Assembly (NCBI GenBank): GCA_037131105.1
Contig: JBAXRQ010000001.1
Location: forward strand, 560,589-624,588
Direction of reading: 5' to 3'
Origin: a bacterium
Lineage (GTDB): Bacteria; Patescibacteriota; UBA1384; CAILIB01
DNA: 64,000 bases
Shown: positions 1 to 9,611 of the stretch, one piece after another
Layout: every line of letters begins with the position of its first letter
Numbering within the stretch: the first letter of the stretch is position 1
Translations under genes and position numbers: made by a program
The notes under the pieces: model-generated
The model's input: the letters and a program-made list of their open reading frames with translations, nothing else
Database searches by the model: none
What the model was told of the DNA's origin: nothing

Positions 1-567
1 GGCACCGGCGACAACCGGGCCATCGAGGCAGCCCGCACCGCCATTGAGAGCCCGCTACTGGAGCTTTCCATCGACGGAGCCAAGGGTATTCTTTTCAATA
101 TTACCGGCGGCACTGACCTCGGCATGTACGAGATCGACGAGGCAGCCAAGGCCATCACTGAGGCGGCTGACGCTGACGCTAATATCATCTTCGGTGCCAT
201 CATCGATGAGGCCATGCAGGGTGAGGTGAAGATTACCGTCATTGCCACCGGCTTTGAAAGTGAGTCCAACCGTCGTGAACGACGCTTTGGCACTATCAAC
301 ACACATCAGATCGGCCGCATGGGCCAGCCTGAGTACGGACAGCCTGGAGGAACCACCTCTCAGCCGGAGCCGCAGCCTACCCAGCAGTCACAGCAGCCTC
401 AGTCCGCTCCGACCTATGAGCCGCCTGCGAACCCTTATCTTTCAAACCGACAGCAGCCCCAGCCACAACAGCCACAGCAGCCACAACAGCCGCTGTACGA
501 TCCTACCGCTGACAAGGAAGAGGAGGAGCTGGATGTACCTACCTTCATTCGAAGGAAACTCAAATAG
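1..567 (+). CDS. ftsZ: Cell division GTPase FtsZ, 3' portion (5' end outside window); C-terminal Q/P-rich linker and conserved DVPTFIRRK tail
   Basis: Frame 1 reads [11 protein letters not shown]...[12 protein letters not shown]...ITVIATGF (FtsZ core C-terminal region) and ends with the conserved C-terminal peptide [11 protein letters not shown]. Confidence 0.9.
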   Translation, partial: GTGDNRAIEAARTAIESPLLELSIDGAKGILFNITGGTDLGMYEIDEAAKAITEAADADANIIFGAIIDEAMQGEVKITVIATGFESESNRRERRFGTINTHQIGRMGQPEYGQPGGTTSQPEPQPTQQSQQPQSAPTYEPPANPYLSNRQQPQPQQPQQPQQPLYDPTADKEEEELDVPTFIRRKLK

Positions 568-577
568 ACAGCAGAAA

Positions 578-601
578 GAGCCCGGGAAACCGGGTTCTTT
601 T
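578..601 (+). terminator. Intrinsic terminator after ftsZ (GC hairpin cccgg-gaaa-ccggg followed by ttctttt)
   Basis: Hairpin plus T-run 10 nt after the ftsZ stop codon. Confidence 0.6.
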
Positions 602-648
602 AGTTAAGGGGGCAATTTGCTAGAATAAGAGCACTCATAACCTCAACT

Positions 649-1767
649 ATGCCAACTTCAAAAAACAGCTCAGGCATCGGACCCCACGATTATGCCGTCA
701 TTATGGCCGGAGGTTCAGGTACCCGGCTCTGGCCAATGAGCCGCCGAAACTCGCCTAAGCAGTTTCAGGCTTTGTTCAGTACCCAGAAGACGATGATCCA
801 GATGATGTACGACCTGCTCAGCGAGCTCTTTCCGCCTGAGCGCATCCTGGTGCAGACCGACAAGAAGTTTGCCCTCTTAGTAAACCAACAGCTGACCGAG
901 GTCCCTGAAGAGAATATCCTCTTAGAGCCAGAGGCCCGCGATACGGCACCTGCTTTCGGTTTTGCTACCGCTACATTGCTCCAGCGCGACCCTGAGGCCC
1001 GCATCGGCATCTTCTACTCAGACCATATCATTAACAGCCGAGCTCCCTTCATTAAGTCAGTGCTGGCTGCCTATCAGTCGGCTGTAGAGTTTCCTGAGTT
1101 TCTGACTATGATCGGGGTAAAGCCCACCTATCCGCATACCGGACTTGGCTACATCAAGATCAGCAAGCAGGCCACCTCACTACCAGACGGCGAGGCCTTT
1201 TACGTAGAGAAGTTCGTAGAGAAGCCCAAGCTCGAGGAAGCTGAAAAGTACGTAAAGTCCTGGGAATACTTCTGGAACACCGGCTACAAGGTCTGTACCG
1301 CAGCCCATTTGTTCAACCTTATCGAGAAGATTGACAGGGACATGGCCACCAAGCTCAAGAAGATTGCAAAACTTATGGGAGATGAGGGCAAGGAAGCTGA
1401 GATCACCACACTTTATAAAGAACTGCCCAAGATCTCATTTGAGTACTTCGTCACCGAGCACACCGAGCGCCTGCTGGTAATCCCTGCCGACATCGAATGG
1501 TCCGACATCGGCGACTGGAAGACATTACACTCCATGCTTGCCGAATTTAACGGACATCATGTAGTCAGCAAAGGCAACCACGTCGGGGTAGGGGACAGCA
1601 ACACCTTGGTCTACAGCGGTGAGCGGCTGATTGCCACCCTGGGGCTTACCGATACTATCATCGTAGACACCGGTGACGTCATCCTGGTAGCTGACAAGAA
1701 CCGGGTACTGGAGATGAAGGAGCTGATAGACGCCCTCAAGGACCAAAACAAGCACAGCTACCTATAA
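649..1767 (+). CDS. Mannose-1-phosphate guanylyltransferase (sugar-phosphate nucleotidyltransferase)
   Basis: N-terminal AVIMAGGSGTRLWPMSR...PKQF nucleotidyltransferase signature; size 372 aa typical of ManC. Confidence 0.75.
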   Translation: MPTSKNSSGIGPHDYAVIMAGGSGTRLWPMSRRNSPKQFQALFSTQKTMIQMMYDLLSELFPPERILVQTDKKFALLVNQQLTEVPEENILLEPEARDTAPAFGFATATLLQRDPEARIGIFYSDHIINSRAPFIKSVLAAYQSAVEFPEFLTMIGVKPTYPHTGLGYIKISKQATSLPDGEAFYVEKFVEKPKLEEAEKYVKSWEYFWNTGYKVCTAAHLFNLIEKIDRDMATKLKKIAKLMGDEGKEAEITTLYKELPKISFEYFVTEHTERLLVIPADIEWSDIGDWKTLHSMLAEFNGHHVVSKGNHVGVGDSNTLVYSGERLIATLGLTDTIIVDTGDVILVADKNRVLEMKELIDALKDQNKHSYL

Positions 1768-2720
1768 TGGAACGCATCCTCATCACCGGCGGCGCCGGAT
1801 TCATAGGTAGCAACGCTTGCAATATTCTTAGTAAAGAAGGCTACGAGGTCATAGCCTTCGACAATCTTTCGCTCGGCCGCAAGCGTAACCTCGAGGAAGG
1901 CGTAACCTTTATCAACGGGGACCTGGCCAATGCCGAGGACCTAGAGCAGGTAGGACAGGTGGACTACGTCATTCATCTGGCCGCCTCGTCCTCAGCCCCC
2001 ATGTTCGTCGACGACCTGATCGGCTCTTTCGAGAACAACATCGTCAACCATATGCGGGTACTCGAGTATGCCCGCACCCACGGCGCCAAGAAGATTATCT
2101 TCGCCTCCACCTCCTCGATCTACGGCAACAACCCGGTACCCCTGACCGAGGACCAGGACGTCACCCCTCCCAACATGTACTCGGTCACCAAGCACGCCCA
2201 GGAGGAGGCCTCCCAGGTCTATGCCGAGATGCACGAGCTGGAGATCATTGCCTTCCGGTTCATGAGCGTCTACGGCCTGCACGAAGAGCACAAGGGACGC
2301 TTTGCCAACCTTATCTCCCAGTTCATGTGGGGAATGGAGCAGGGGAGGCAGCCGACGGTCTACGGGGACGGCCTGCAGACCCGAGACTTCACCAACGTCA
2401 AGGACATCGTCCAGGCCTTTAGGCACGCTATCAAGAAGGAAGGGGGCTTCGGCTTCTCCGTCTATAACGTCGGCACTTCCCAGGCCATCAACATGCATGA
2501 CCTCATGAAGATCCTCAACCACGCCATGGGCACCAAGATCGAGGCAGCCCTGGTAGAGAACCCCATCAAGACCGGCTACGTCAAAAATCAATTAGGCAGC
2601 CTGGAAAAGATCAACCGCGAACTGGGCTACGAGCCCACCGTCAGCCTTGAGGAGGGCGTTAAGGAGATCGTCGAGCATAGGAAGACCGATCCCATCGCAC
2701 CGGCCAGCATGAGCTATTAG
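1767..2720 (+). CDS. NAD-dependent epimerase/dehydratase (SDR family, nucleotide-sugar modifying)
   Basis: ILITGGAGFIGS Rossmann motif, YxxxK catalytic region (YSVTK); start overlaps the stop of the upstream nucleotidyltransferase (ATAATGG), so the two are translationally coupled. Confidence 0.8.
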   Translation: MERILITGGAGFIGSNACNILSKEGYEVIAFDNLSLGRKRNLEEGVTFINGDLANAEDLEQVGQVDYVIHLAASSSAPMFVDDLIGSFENNIVNHMRVLEYARTHGAKKIIFASTSSIYGNNPVPLTEDQDVTPPNMYSVTKHAQEEASQVYAEMHELEIIAFRFMSVYGLHEEHKGRFANLISQFMWGMEQGRQPTVYGDGLQTRDFTNVKDIVQAFRHAIKKEGGFGFSVYNVGTSQAINMHDLMKILNHAMGTKIEAALVENPIKTGYVKNQLGSLEKINRELGYEPTVSLEEGVKEIVEHRKTDPIAPASMSY

Positions 2721-2821
2721 TTTTTTAGAAATATCCTGTAAACGCAGAAGAGGCGCTCCCTGTTAGGGGAACGCCTCTCGCTGATTACGACTCTACTTTC
2801 GAACCAATTCAAACGGGACGA

Positions 2822-3805
2822 CTAGCTACCCGATCGAATCATATTGATAACCGCGCGGAACTTGTCGTTCCCAATGTCATCAATGACTTCGTCGGTCAGC
2901 CGCAGAATCGGGAAGTTCGGGTCGAACTGCCCATTGTTGAAGCTGCAAACTGCCAGACGACCCTCTGCCGTCTCCAACACAATGCCGATGCGGCGGTTGA
3001 GGGCGCTTCCGTTGCGGCTCTCAAGATCAATGAAGCGCAGGCGCTGGTCATCTTCCAGAGAAAGCTCCAGGTCGCTCCGAACAAGACACTCGAGCGAGGC
3101 CGACTGGAACTCGAAGGCCAAACGTACGTCATTCACCGTTCCGACCCCCTCCAATACCATCTTGTCGGGATTGGGCGCAATGGAAGGCGTCGCCTCGACG
3201 ACAGGAATGGGAACTACCTTGTGGGCCTTCTGCCATTCCTGCGCGACATGCTCGTCCAGCCACGGTGTGGGCATGCGATACGAAACGCGCCCCTGCCGGC
3301 CATCGGCGTAATGCACCATCATGCCGATCTCACCGAAGTTTTCAGCAAGGCAATGTTTGACGATGAAGTCGCGGGCGGATTGAGGTATACGCTCGCCCCG
3401 TCCCGCGCCGCCGCCGTCAAAGACACCGTAGGTGCCGGGAGCACCGAGGTCTCGAAAGACAACCGGATGAGCCCGTACAGGCTCCGCGCCCATCTTCTTG
3501 CAGACCTTCTCCCAGATTTTGTCATGGGAGCCGCCGTCAATGGCAAAGTCAACTGACGGGGCGGGAACGGAATAGAACCCGCCGCCATTCACCACACGCA
3601 TCTGGCCGATACGGACGTTTCCGCCCAGACCCAGCGCGAGAGTAATGTCCTGACGAAGGCTACTGTCAGGATTAACCAAATCAAAATTGACCTGGTCGCC
3701 TTTGGGAAGGCTTGAACCTTCTGGGTCCTGCACTTCCAACTTGCTGATTGCAGTGGTTTTGCAGCCACCTACGACTTCAAGATCGACATTTCCGGAGATC
3801 CACAT
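2822..3805 (-). CDS. Conserved hypothetical protein (327 aa, Gly-rich GGGFY / DGGGAGRG motifs); start moved to an internal ATG with a strong SD
   Basis: Long ORF. The ATG at 3805 is preceded by AAGGAGG at 9 nt spacing and by a consensus promoter. The GTG at 3850 given in the ORF track has no SD. Confidence 0.5.
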   Translation of the reverse strand: MWISGNVDLEVVGGCKTTAISKLEVQDPEGSSLPKGDQVNFDLVNPDSSLRQDITLALGLGGNVRIGQMRVVNGGGFYSVPAPSVDFAIDGGSHDKIWEKVCKKMGAEPVRAHPVVFRDLGAPGTYGVFDGGGAGRGERIPQSARDFIVKHCLAENFGEIGMMVHYADGRQGRVSYRMPTPWLDEHVAQEWQKAHKVVPIPVVEATPSIAPNPDKMVLEGVGTVNDVRLAFEFQSASLECLVRSDLELSLEDDQRLRFIDLESRNGSALNRRIGIVLETAEGRLAVCSFNNGQFDPNFPILRLTDEVIDDIGNDKFRAVINMIRSGS

Positions 3806-3873
3806 TAGGCATCTCCTCCTTGTATCAAAGCTCCCCGTTTCCGGGGGCACACGGCCTTTTGGACCGATGCCTG

Positions 3874-3902
3874 TTTATACCATACCTATTTCACTCTGTC
3901 AA
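3874..3902 (-). promoter_or_regulatory. Sigma70 promoter TTGACA-17-TATAAA for the 2822-3805 gene
   Basis: Minus-strand TTGACA (3897-3902) and TATAAA (3874-3879) with 17 nt spacing, about 60 nt upstream of the SD/ATG. Confidence 0.6.
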
Positions 3903-3942
3903 CCTCATATACCGTACAATTACCGAACAATGTTTCAAACTT

Positions 3943-3952
3943 CTGCTATAGT
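3943..3952 (+). promoter_or_regulatory. Extended -10 (TGcTATAGT) ending 7 nt before the helicase ATG; likely leaderless transcript
   Basis: TGnTATAGT at 3944-3952, ATG at 3959, no SD in between. Confidence 0.35.
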
Positions 3953-3958
3953 AGGTAC

Positions 3959-6748
3959 ATGAACAACCCCCTCGCCGGACTCACCCCTGACCAAGCCAAA
4001 GCCGTCACCCACAAGGACGGTCCCTGCCTGGTAGTGGCAGGAGCCGGAACGGGCAAGACCAGCGTCATTACCAAGCGCATTGCCAACCTGATATTGAATG
4101 AAAAGGTTGAGCCCGAGCAGATTTTGGCCCTGACCTTCACTGACAAAGCCGCCGGGGAGATGGAGGAACGCCTGGATGTTCTCTTACCCTATGGCATGTT
4201 CGGCACCACCATCGGTACCTTCCACTCCTTCTGCCGGGAGTTGGTCCGCCGCCACGCCTTTACCATAGGCATTGACCCTAACGCCCGCCTGATCGGCAAG
4301 GCCGAAGAGGTGAGCCTGCTTCGGGCCAACCTTCTCCACCTTCCTCTTAAGCGCTACAAGCCGGCCGCCAACCCAGTCAGCTTCCTGCGCCAGCTGGCAG
4401 GGTTCATTGACCGGGCCAAGGAGGAACGAATCACTCCTGAGCTCCTGGCCGAGCATGGCAGTGAGATAATGGCCGCCGCCGAGAATGATGCCGACAAGGA
4501 AGCAGGCGAGCGCATCCTGGAACTTTCTGAGTGCTACGAAGCCGCCAACCGTCTCTACGCCGAGGCGAACATCCTCACCTACGCAGACCTGATTTCCTTC
4601 AGCCTGAGGATTCTTCAGGAGTCAGCCTTGGCCCGCAAGGAAGAGCAGGACCGGTTCCGCTATGTCCTCATCGATGAGTTCCAGGATACCAACACCGCGC
4701 AGGCGGAGATCTGCTACCTGTTGGCAGGGGAAAGGGAGAACATCTTCGTGGTAGGGGACGACGACCAGGCCATCTATAGGTTCCGGGGTGCCAACGTCGA
4801 CAATATCATCATGTTCAGGGCCCGTTACCCGAAGGCCCCCGTCGTGACACTCAGGGATAACTTCCGCTCTACCCAGCCCATACTTGACGCCGCCTACAGC
4901 CTCATCCAGCACAATAACCCGCACCGCCTGGAGGTGATCGAGAAGATCGATAAGCAGCTTATCGCCCACAGCGAGGCCGAGCCTGCCGCCGTCGAGTCGC
5001 TGCACTTCAGCGCCGGCAGCTATGAGCAGGAGGGAGTGGCCCTGCGCATCCAGGCACTGTTGGACATCGGCTACGAGAGCCAGGATATCGCAATACTTGC
5101 CCGGGGACACGCCCAGCTTGACCCCTTTGAGCGTGAGCTCTCTTCCTGGGGCATCCAGACCCTTCGCCACAAGGACGGATCTTTTTATAGCCTACCGACG
5201 GTGGAGCGGGCACTTTCCTACTTACGCTTCCTGGTCTCGCCACACGACTCATTCAATCTCTTCTTCCTTTTGTCCGAGCCGCCCTTTGCCGTGGAGACCG
5301 TACTCCTGCGTGAGCTCAGCGTTTCCGCCCGCAAGATAAACAATTCCCTCTGGGAAGAATTAGGGAGCAGTAGCGTGGAACTGCCCGAGGACGCCGCTGA
5401 GGCTTTCCGCTACCTGGGACAGAAGCTCACGTCAAAAGTACGCACGCCCACTGATGCCCTGCGCGACTTTATCGGCACTTCCGGCTGGGAGAAGCAGCTT
5501 ACCGAAGCTGATGACAGGGATGCCTTCGCTGCCCTGAACACGCTCTACGCCGAGGCAGGCTCTTTTGAGCGCCTGCACAAGCCAGTGGTCCTTTCCCAAT
5601 ACCTTCTGCACGTGGACCAGCTTATAGCTAGCGGTGAGGATATTAAGGTGGAAAGTGAACTAGGGAAGGAGAAGGAAGGCGTCCAGCTGATGACCATACA
5701 CGGGAGCAAGGGACTGGAGTTTAAGGCGGTGTTCGTGGTCAACATGACCTCAGACCGATTCCCAGGCCCGAACCGCAGTGGGGGACTACCGCTACCTGAA
5801 GAGCTGGTTACCCTCCAGGAAGACAAGGTGAAGTACGAGGAGGAACGCCGCCTAGCCTACGTGGCCATGACGCGGGCCAAGGAACGCCTCTTCCTGACCC
5901 ATTCGCAACGCTACGAGGGTAACAAGCGGGAGAAGAAGCTGTCTCCCTTCTTGTCAGAAGCCTTAGGGCCACAGGATGAGAAGAACTACGCCGATCAGCC
6001 GCTTCGACTTGGACTGTCTCAGGCAGACACCAGCGAGAAGGCTCCTCAGTTCAGCATCCCCACTACCTACTCAGCCTCAGCCCTGGAGGCGTTCGAGGAG
6101 TCGCCTGAGCGCTATCTAATCGAGCAGGTGTACCGACTGCCGCAGCCTGACTCGTCCTACTCCAGCTTCGGTACCTGCGTCCATGAAGTACTGCACGCCG
6201 CCTTCGGAGCCATCCGCTCAGGGAAGCCGCTGACCGACGGGCAGATAGTCGAGCAGTATGAGAAATGCTGGCGGGCTGAAGGTTTCGAGCACAAGCTGCA
6301 AGAAGAGGAGTGGCGCCAGGAGGGCCTGGCCGCTATTCAGGGTTATTTGTCCTCACATGACGGCGACTATGTGCCTGACCGTCTGGAGCACCCCATTGAG
6401 CTGGTACTGCCCAGTGGCATCCGGATTATCGGCAAGGTGGACCGGATAGACAAGCTGTCCGACGGAAGCGTCAAGGTAATCGACTACAAGACTGGCAGAA
6501 AGACGGCTACCCATGCCGACATCAAGAAGAACCTGCCACTGGCCGTCTACGCCGCCGCACTCAGCCAACGCCGAGAACAGGTAGGTTCGGTCTCCTTGCA
6601 TTACCTGATGAACGGTGAGACGGTGGACCTACCCGTAGACGAGGCGTTCCTAGCCCAGACCATAGAGCGGGTGTCTGACATTGTCAGCCGCATCGAGGAT
6701 GCTTACAAAACAAATACCTGGCCTTCGGTAAAGACATATTTTAATTAG
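3959..6748 (+). CDS. UvrD/PcrA-like ATP-dependent DNA helicase fused to a C-terminal PD-(D/E)XK (RecB-family) nuclease domain
   Basis: Walker A GAGTGKTSV, UvrD motifs (VLIDEFQDTN, FVVGDDDQAIYRFRGA, MTIHGSKGLEF), and a C-terminal GKVDRID...VIDYKTG nuclease motif. Confidence 0.85.
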   Translation: MNNPLAGLTPDQAKAVTHKDGPCLVVAGAGTGKTSVITKRIANLILNEKVEPEQILALTFTDKAAGEMEERLDVLLPYGMFGTTIGTFHSFCRELVRRHAFTIGIDPNARLIGKAEEVSLLRANLLHLPLKRYKPAANPVSFLRQLAGFIDRAKEERITPELLAEHGSEIMAAAENDADKEAGERILELSECYEAANRLYAEANILTYADLISFSLRILQESALARKEEQDRFRYVLIDEFQDTNTAQAEICYLLAGERENIFVVGDDDQAIYRFRGANVDNIIMFRARYPKAPVVTLRDNFRSTQPILDAAYSLIQHNNPHRLEVIEKIDKQLIAHSEAEPAAVESLHFSAGSYEQEGVALRIQALLDIGYESQDIAILARGHAQLDPFERELSSWGIQTLRHKDGSFYSLPTVERALSYLRFLVSPHDSFNLFFLLSEPPFAVETVLLRELSVSARKINNSLWEELGSSSVELPEDAAEAFRYLGQKLTSKVRTPTDALRDFIGTSGWEKQLTEADDRDAFAALNTLYAEAGSFERLHKPVVLSQYLLHVDQLIASGEDIKVESELGKEKEGVQLMTIHGSKGLEFKAVFVVNMTSDRFPGPNRSGGLPLPEELVTLQEDKVKYEEERRLAYVAMTRAKERLFLTHSQRYEGNKREKKLSPFLSEALGPQDEKNYADQPLRLGLSQADTSEKAPQFSIPTTYSASALEAFEESPERYLIEQVYRLPQPDSSYSSFGTCVHEVLHAAFGAIRSGKPLTDGQIVEQYEKCWRAEGFEHKLQEEEWRQEGLAAIQGYLSSHDGDYVPDRLEHPIELVLPSGIRIIGKVDRIDKLSDGSVKVIDYKTGRKTATHADIKKNLPLAVYAAALSQRREQVGSVSLHYLMNGETVDLPVDEAFLAQTIERVSDIVSRIEDAYKTNTWPSVKTYFN

Positions 6749-6753
6749 ACCCC

Positions 6754-7821
6754 ATGGAACTACTTCTCATCGCCGTCATCCTTGTACTGGTAGCCCTCGT
6801 GGGCTTCCTTATCTGGCGCCAACAGTCTGCCAGCAATCCGGGCGCTGAGCTGCAGCAGCTTTTGCAGCAGACCACCCAGCAGCAGGGGGCACAGCTTCAG
6901 GAGACCACCCGCCTGCTCCTTCAGCAGCTAAACAGCCAGAAGGAGTCTCAGGACCGCTCGAGCCACATGGTCTCCAGCCGTCTGGACCACGCCACCAAGG
7001 TAGTGGCCGACGTGCAGGGTAAGCTTATGCAGCTAGAGGAGGCCAATAAACGGATATTTGACCTAGGCAAGGGTATTAATGACCTGCAGAACATCCTAAA
7101 GTCACCTAAGCTGCGCGGCGGCATGGGTGAAATCTGGCTTTCTGAGATGCTTTCCCAAATTATCCCGGCCGGACACTTCACCATGCAGTACCGTTTTAAA
7201 AGCGGCGAGATCTGCGACGCGATCATTACCCTCCGGGACGGCCTGCTGCTGCCTATCGACTCAAAGTTCAGCCTAGAGAACTTCGTCAAGATGACCGATG
7301 CCGACGAGGCTGAGAAGCCTGCTTTCAAGCGCCTGTTCAACCAGGACATGAGGAAACGCATCGACGAGATTTCCAAGAAATACATATTGCCTGATGAGGG
7401 GACCATGGAGTTCGCCTTCATGTATGTGCCGGCCGAGAATGTCTATTACCAAGCTTTCATTCAGGATGAGGACAAGTTGAACATGCTGGACTATGCCATG
7501 AAGCAGCGGGTGATCCCCGTGAGTCCCAGCAGCTTCTATGCCTACCTCCAGGTGATTGCCCTGGGTCTGCGTGGCATGGAGATTGAGAAGAGTGCCAAGG
7601 AGATCCAGAAGAACCTAGGCGGCATAAAGGGTGAGCTGGCCAAGTTTCGCCAGGCGTATGATACGCTAGGTGGCCATCTCCGCCATGCCCAACAAAGTTT
7701 TGAGGGGAGCGAAAAGCGCCTAGGAAAAGTTGAGAACAAGTTCACCCAAATAGCCACATCAGAAGACGTTTTGCTTGAGTCAGGAGAAGACAACATACTA
7801 ATTATGCCAGATGAAGAGTAG
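6754..7821 (+). CDS. rmuC: DNA recombination protein RmuC
   Basis: N-terminal transmembrane helix, Q-rich coiled coil, RmuC core (GEIWLSEML..., FAFMYVPAENVYY). Confidence 0.8.
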   Translation: MELLLIAVILVLVALVGFLIWRQQSASNPGAELQQLLQQTTQQQGAQLQETTRLLLQQLNSQKESQDRSSHMVSSRLDHATKVVADVQGKLMQLEEANKRIFDLGKGINDLQNILKSPKLRGGMGEIWLSEMLSQIIPAGHFTMQYRFKSGEICDAIITLRDGLLLPIDSKFSLENFVKMTDADEAEKPAFKRLFNQDMRKRIDEISKKYILPDEGTMEFAFMYVPAENVYYQAFIQDEDKLNMLDYAMKQRVIPVSPSSFYAYLQVIALGLRGMEIEKSAKEIQKNLGGIKGELAKFRQAYDTLGGHLRHAQQSFEGSEKRLGKVENKFTQIATSEDVLLESGEDNILIMPDEE

Positions 7822-8776
7822 CCATACCGTTACGAATGAAGACGCCGGCAAGCGCCTTGACCTGTTTCTTTCCCAGGCAGAGGCCGATTACAGCCGCGGT
7901 TACTTTCAAAAACTGATTGGAGAAGGGCGGGTACTAGTTGGAGAGAAGCCGCCCCGCAAGGCAGGCCAGATCCTTAAAGAGGGTGAAGCCGTGATTGTCG
8001 AACACCCTGACCCAAACCGCCGTCCACAAGGTGAGAATGTGGCTCTCGACATCCTTTACGAGGATGACCAGGTCCTGGCCATTAACAAGCCGGCCGGCAT
8101 GGTCGTGCACCCCCAGGACGTGGAGGAGCAGGGGACAGTGGTGCATGCACTCCTTAACTATCTGCCGGACATCGCCCAGGCCGTGTATGACCCCGAGTCC
8201 CCCATGAGCCAGTTACGCCCCGGCATCGTCCATCGACTAGATAAAGACACTACCGGCGTGCTCCTGATTGGTAAGACCCCTGAGGCGCTCGAAGCACTCT
8301 CAAGCCAGTTCAAGGATCATAGTGTAGAGAAAACCTACCTTGCCCTGGTCTCAGGTACAGCGAAAGAAGAGAGCGTCACTACCGGCATGCAGCGCAAGCC
8401 CTACCGTCGCAACATGATGGGGGTCACCCGTACCGAAGAGGAGGGGAGGGAGGCCATCACTCATTTCAAACCCGTACAAAGCTTTGACTACTTCGGTAAG
8501 CCGCTGACCCTGGTGGAATGCCGCATAGATACCGGCAGGACCCATCAGATCCGGGTACACTGCAAGTTTCGTGCCCACCCCGTACTTGGCGACGACGTCT
8601 ACACTACTCGTACCGCCCAAGACCTTACCAGGCGGCTGCACGTCGACCGCCAGCTACTCCACGCTGCCAGGCTCACCTTCACCAATCCTACGACCGGGAA
8701 GCGCCAGACCGTGGAGGCACCACTGCCGGCTGACTTCATGTCCGTTGTTACTCGGCTCAGCCAGAAGGCGACCTAA
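7811..8776 (+). CDS. rluD: 23S rRNA pseudouridine synthase, RluA/RluD family (S4 domain plus PseudoU_synth_2)
   Basis: HRLDKDTTGVLLIGK catalytic motif; N-terminal S4-like domain; 11-nt overlap with rmuC. Confidence 0.85.
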   Translation: MKSSHTVTNEDAGKRLDLFLSQAEADYSRGYFQKLIGEGRVLVGEKPPRKAGQILKEGEAVIVEHPDPNRRPQGENVALDILYEDDQVLAINKPAGMVVHPQDVEEQGTVVHALLNYLPDIAQAVYDPESPMSQLRPGIVHRLDKDTTGVLLIGKTPEALEALSSQFKDHSVEKTYLALVSGTAKEESVTTGMQRKPYRRNMMGVTRTEEEGREAITHFKPVQSFDYFGKPLTLVECRIDTGRTHQIRVHCKFRAHPVLGDDVYTTRTAQDLTRRLHVDRQLLHAARLTFTNPTTGKRQTVEAPLPADFMSVVTRLSQKAT

Positions 8777-8930
8777 GCCCACTTTGACAAAGGCCGGCCC
8801 ACTTGGTAGCCTGGTAGCTAAGAGGCCGTTTGATAACCTCTTTCGCTGCCACCTTATACAGGAGCAGCTTGTAAGGTGAGTTATCAATCAGTCTCCAAAA
8901 AAGGCTCTACACTGTTTTTCTTTTATTGAT

Positions 8931-9602
8931 ATGGCTATGGGCTCTATTTCCGGCAAAGACCGGGTGCGTGTAACGATATCCCTTTCCAAGGATATCGCCG
9001 ACCAGATCGACGAAACGATCGATGGGGTACGTATACGCAATCGCTCCCACGCCATTGAAACCCTGGTGACCGACAGTCTTGATCTGGTGCAAGTCAAACA
9101 GGCAGTTATTTTGGCTGGGGGACAGCAGGCCCCCAAACGTATTCCGGCGATTAGCCAGATGCTCAGTACCTTGCACCATTACAGTATCTTCAACGTCATT
9201 ATCGCCGTCGGCTACCTCGGTGATAAGATCCGCAACGAGATAGGGACGGGGGAGAAGTTCGGCCTTCAGATCGAATACTCTGAGTCTGAGCTTGGAACCG
9301 GAGGCGCACTGCTCCAGCTAAAGTCCAAACTCAAACGTACTTTTCTCGTGATCAATGTAGACCAACCGGTGGACGTTGATTTGAAGAGCCTACTGAGGTT
9401 CCATAGAGAACACCAGCCGACTGTGACCATAGCCACCCGTTCATTGCGCGAACTCTCGGGAGTATATGTCATAGAACCTAAGATCTTCGCTGCCATTCCC
9501 GAGGGCTTCTGCATGCTAGAGGAGACGGTTTTCCACGACATGACTCGCCAGGGAAAGCTGCTTTCCTACCCCATACTTACCGACATCAAGAAAGATTCCT
9601 AA
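8931..9602 (+). CDS. Fusion protein: N-terminal ribbon-helix-helix (CopG/Arc-like) domain plus sugar-phosphate nucleotidyltransferase domain
   Basis: RVRVTISLSKDIADQIDE...RSHAIETLV matches the RHH pattern; AVILAGGQ...GTGGAL is a nucleotidyltransferase core. Confidence 0.6.
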   Translation: MAMGSISGKDRVRVTISLSKDIADQIDETIDGVRIRNRSHAIETLVTDSLDLVQVKQAVILAGGQQAPKRIPAISQMLSTLHHYSIFNVIIAVGYLGDKIRNEIGTGEKFGLQIEYSESELGTGGALLQLKSKLKRTFLVINVDQPVDVDLKSLLRFHREHQPTVTIATRSLRELSGVYVIEPKIFAAIPEGFCMLEETVFHDMTRQGKLLSYPILTDIKKDS

Positions 9603-9611
9603 CCCCATCCT

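Noticed and set aside
2745-2785. Hairpin agaggcg...cgcctct between convergent genes as a terminator
   Set aside because: The stem is imperfect. It is not followed by a clear U-run on either strand, so it is not listed as a feature.
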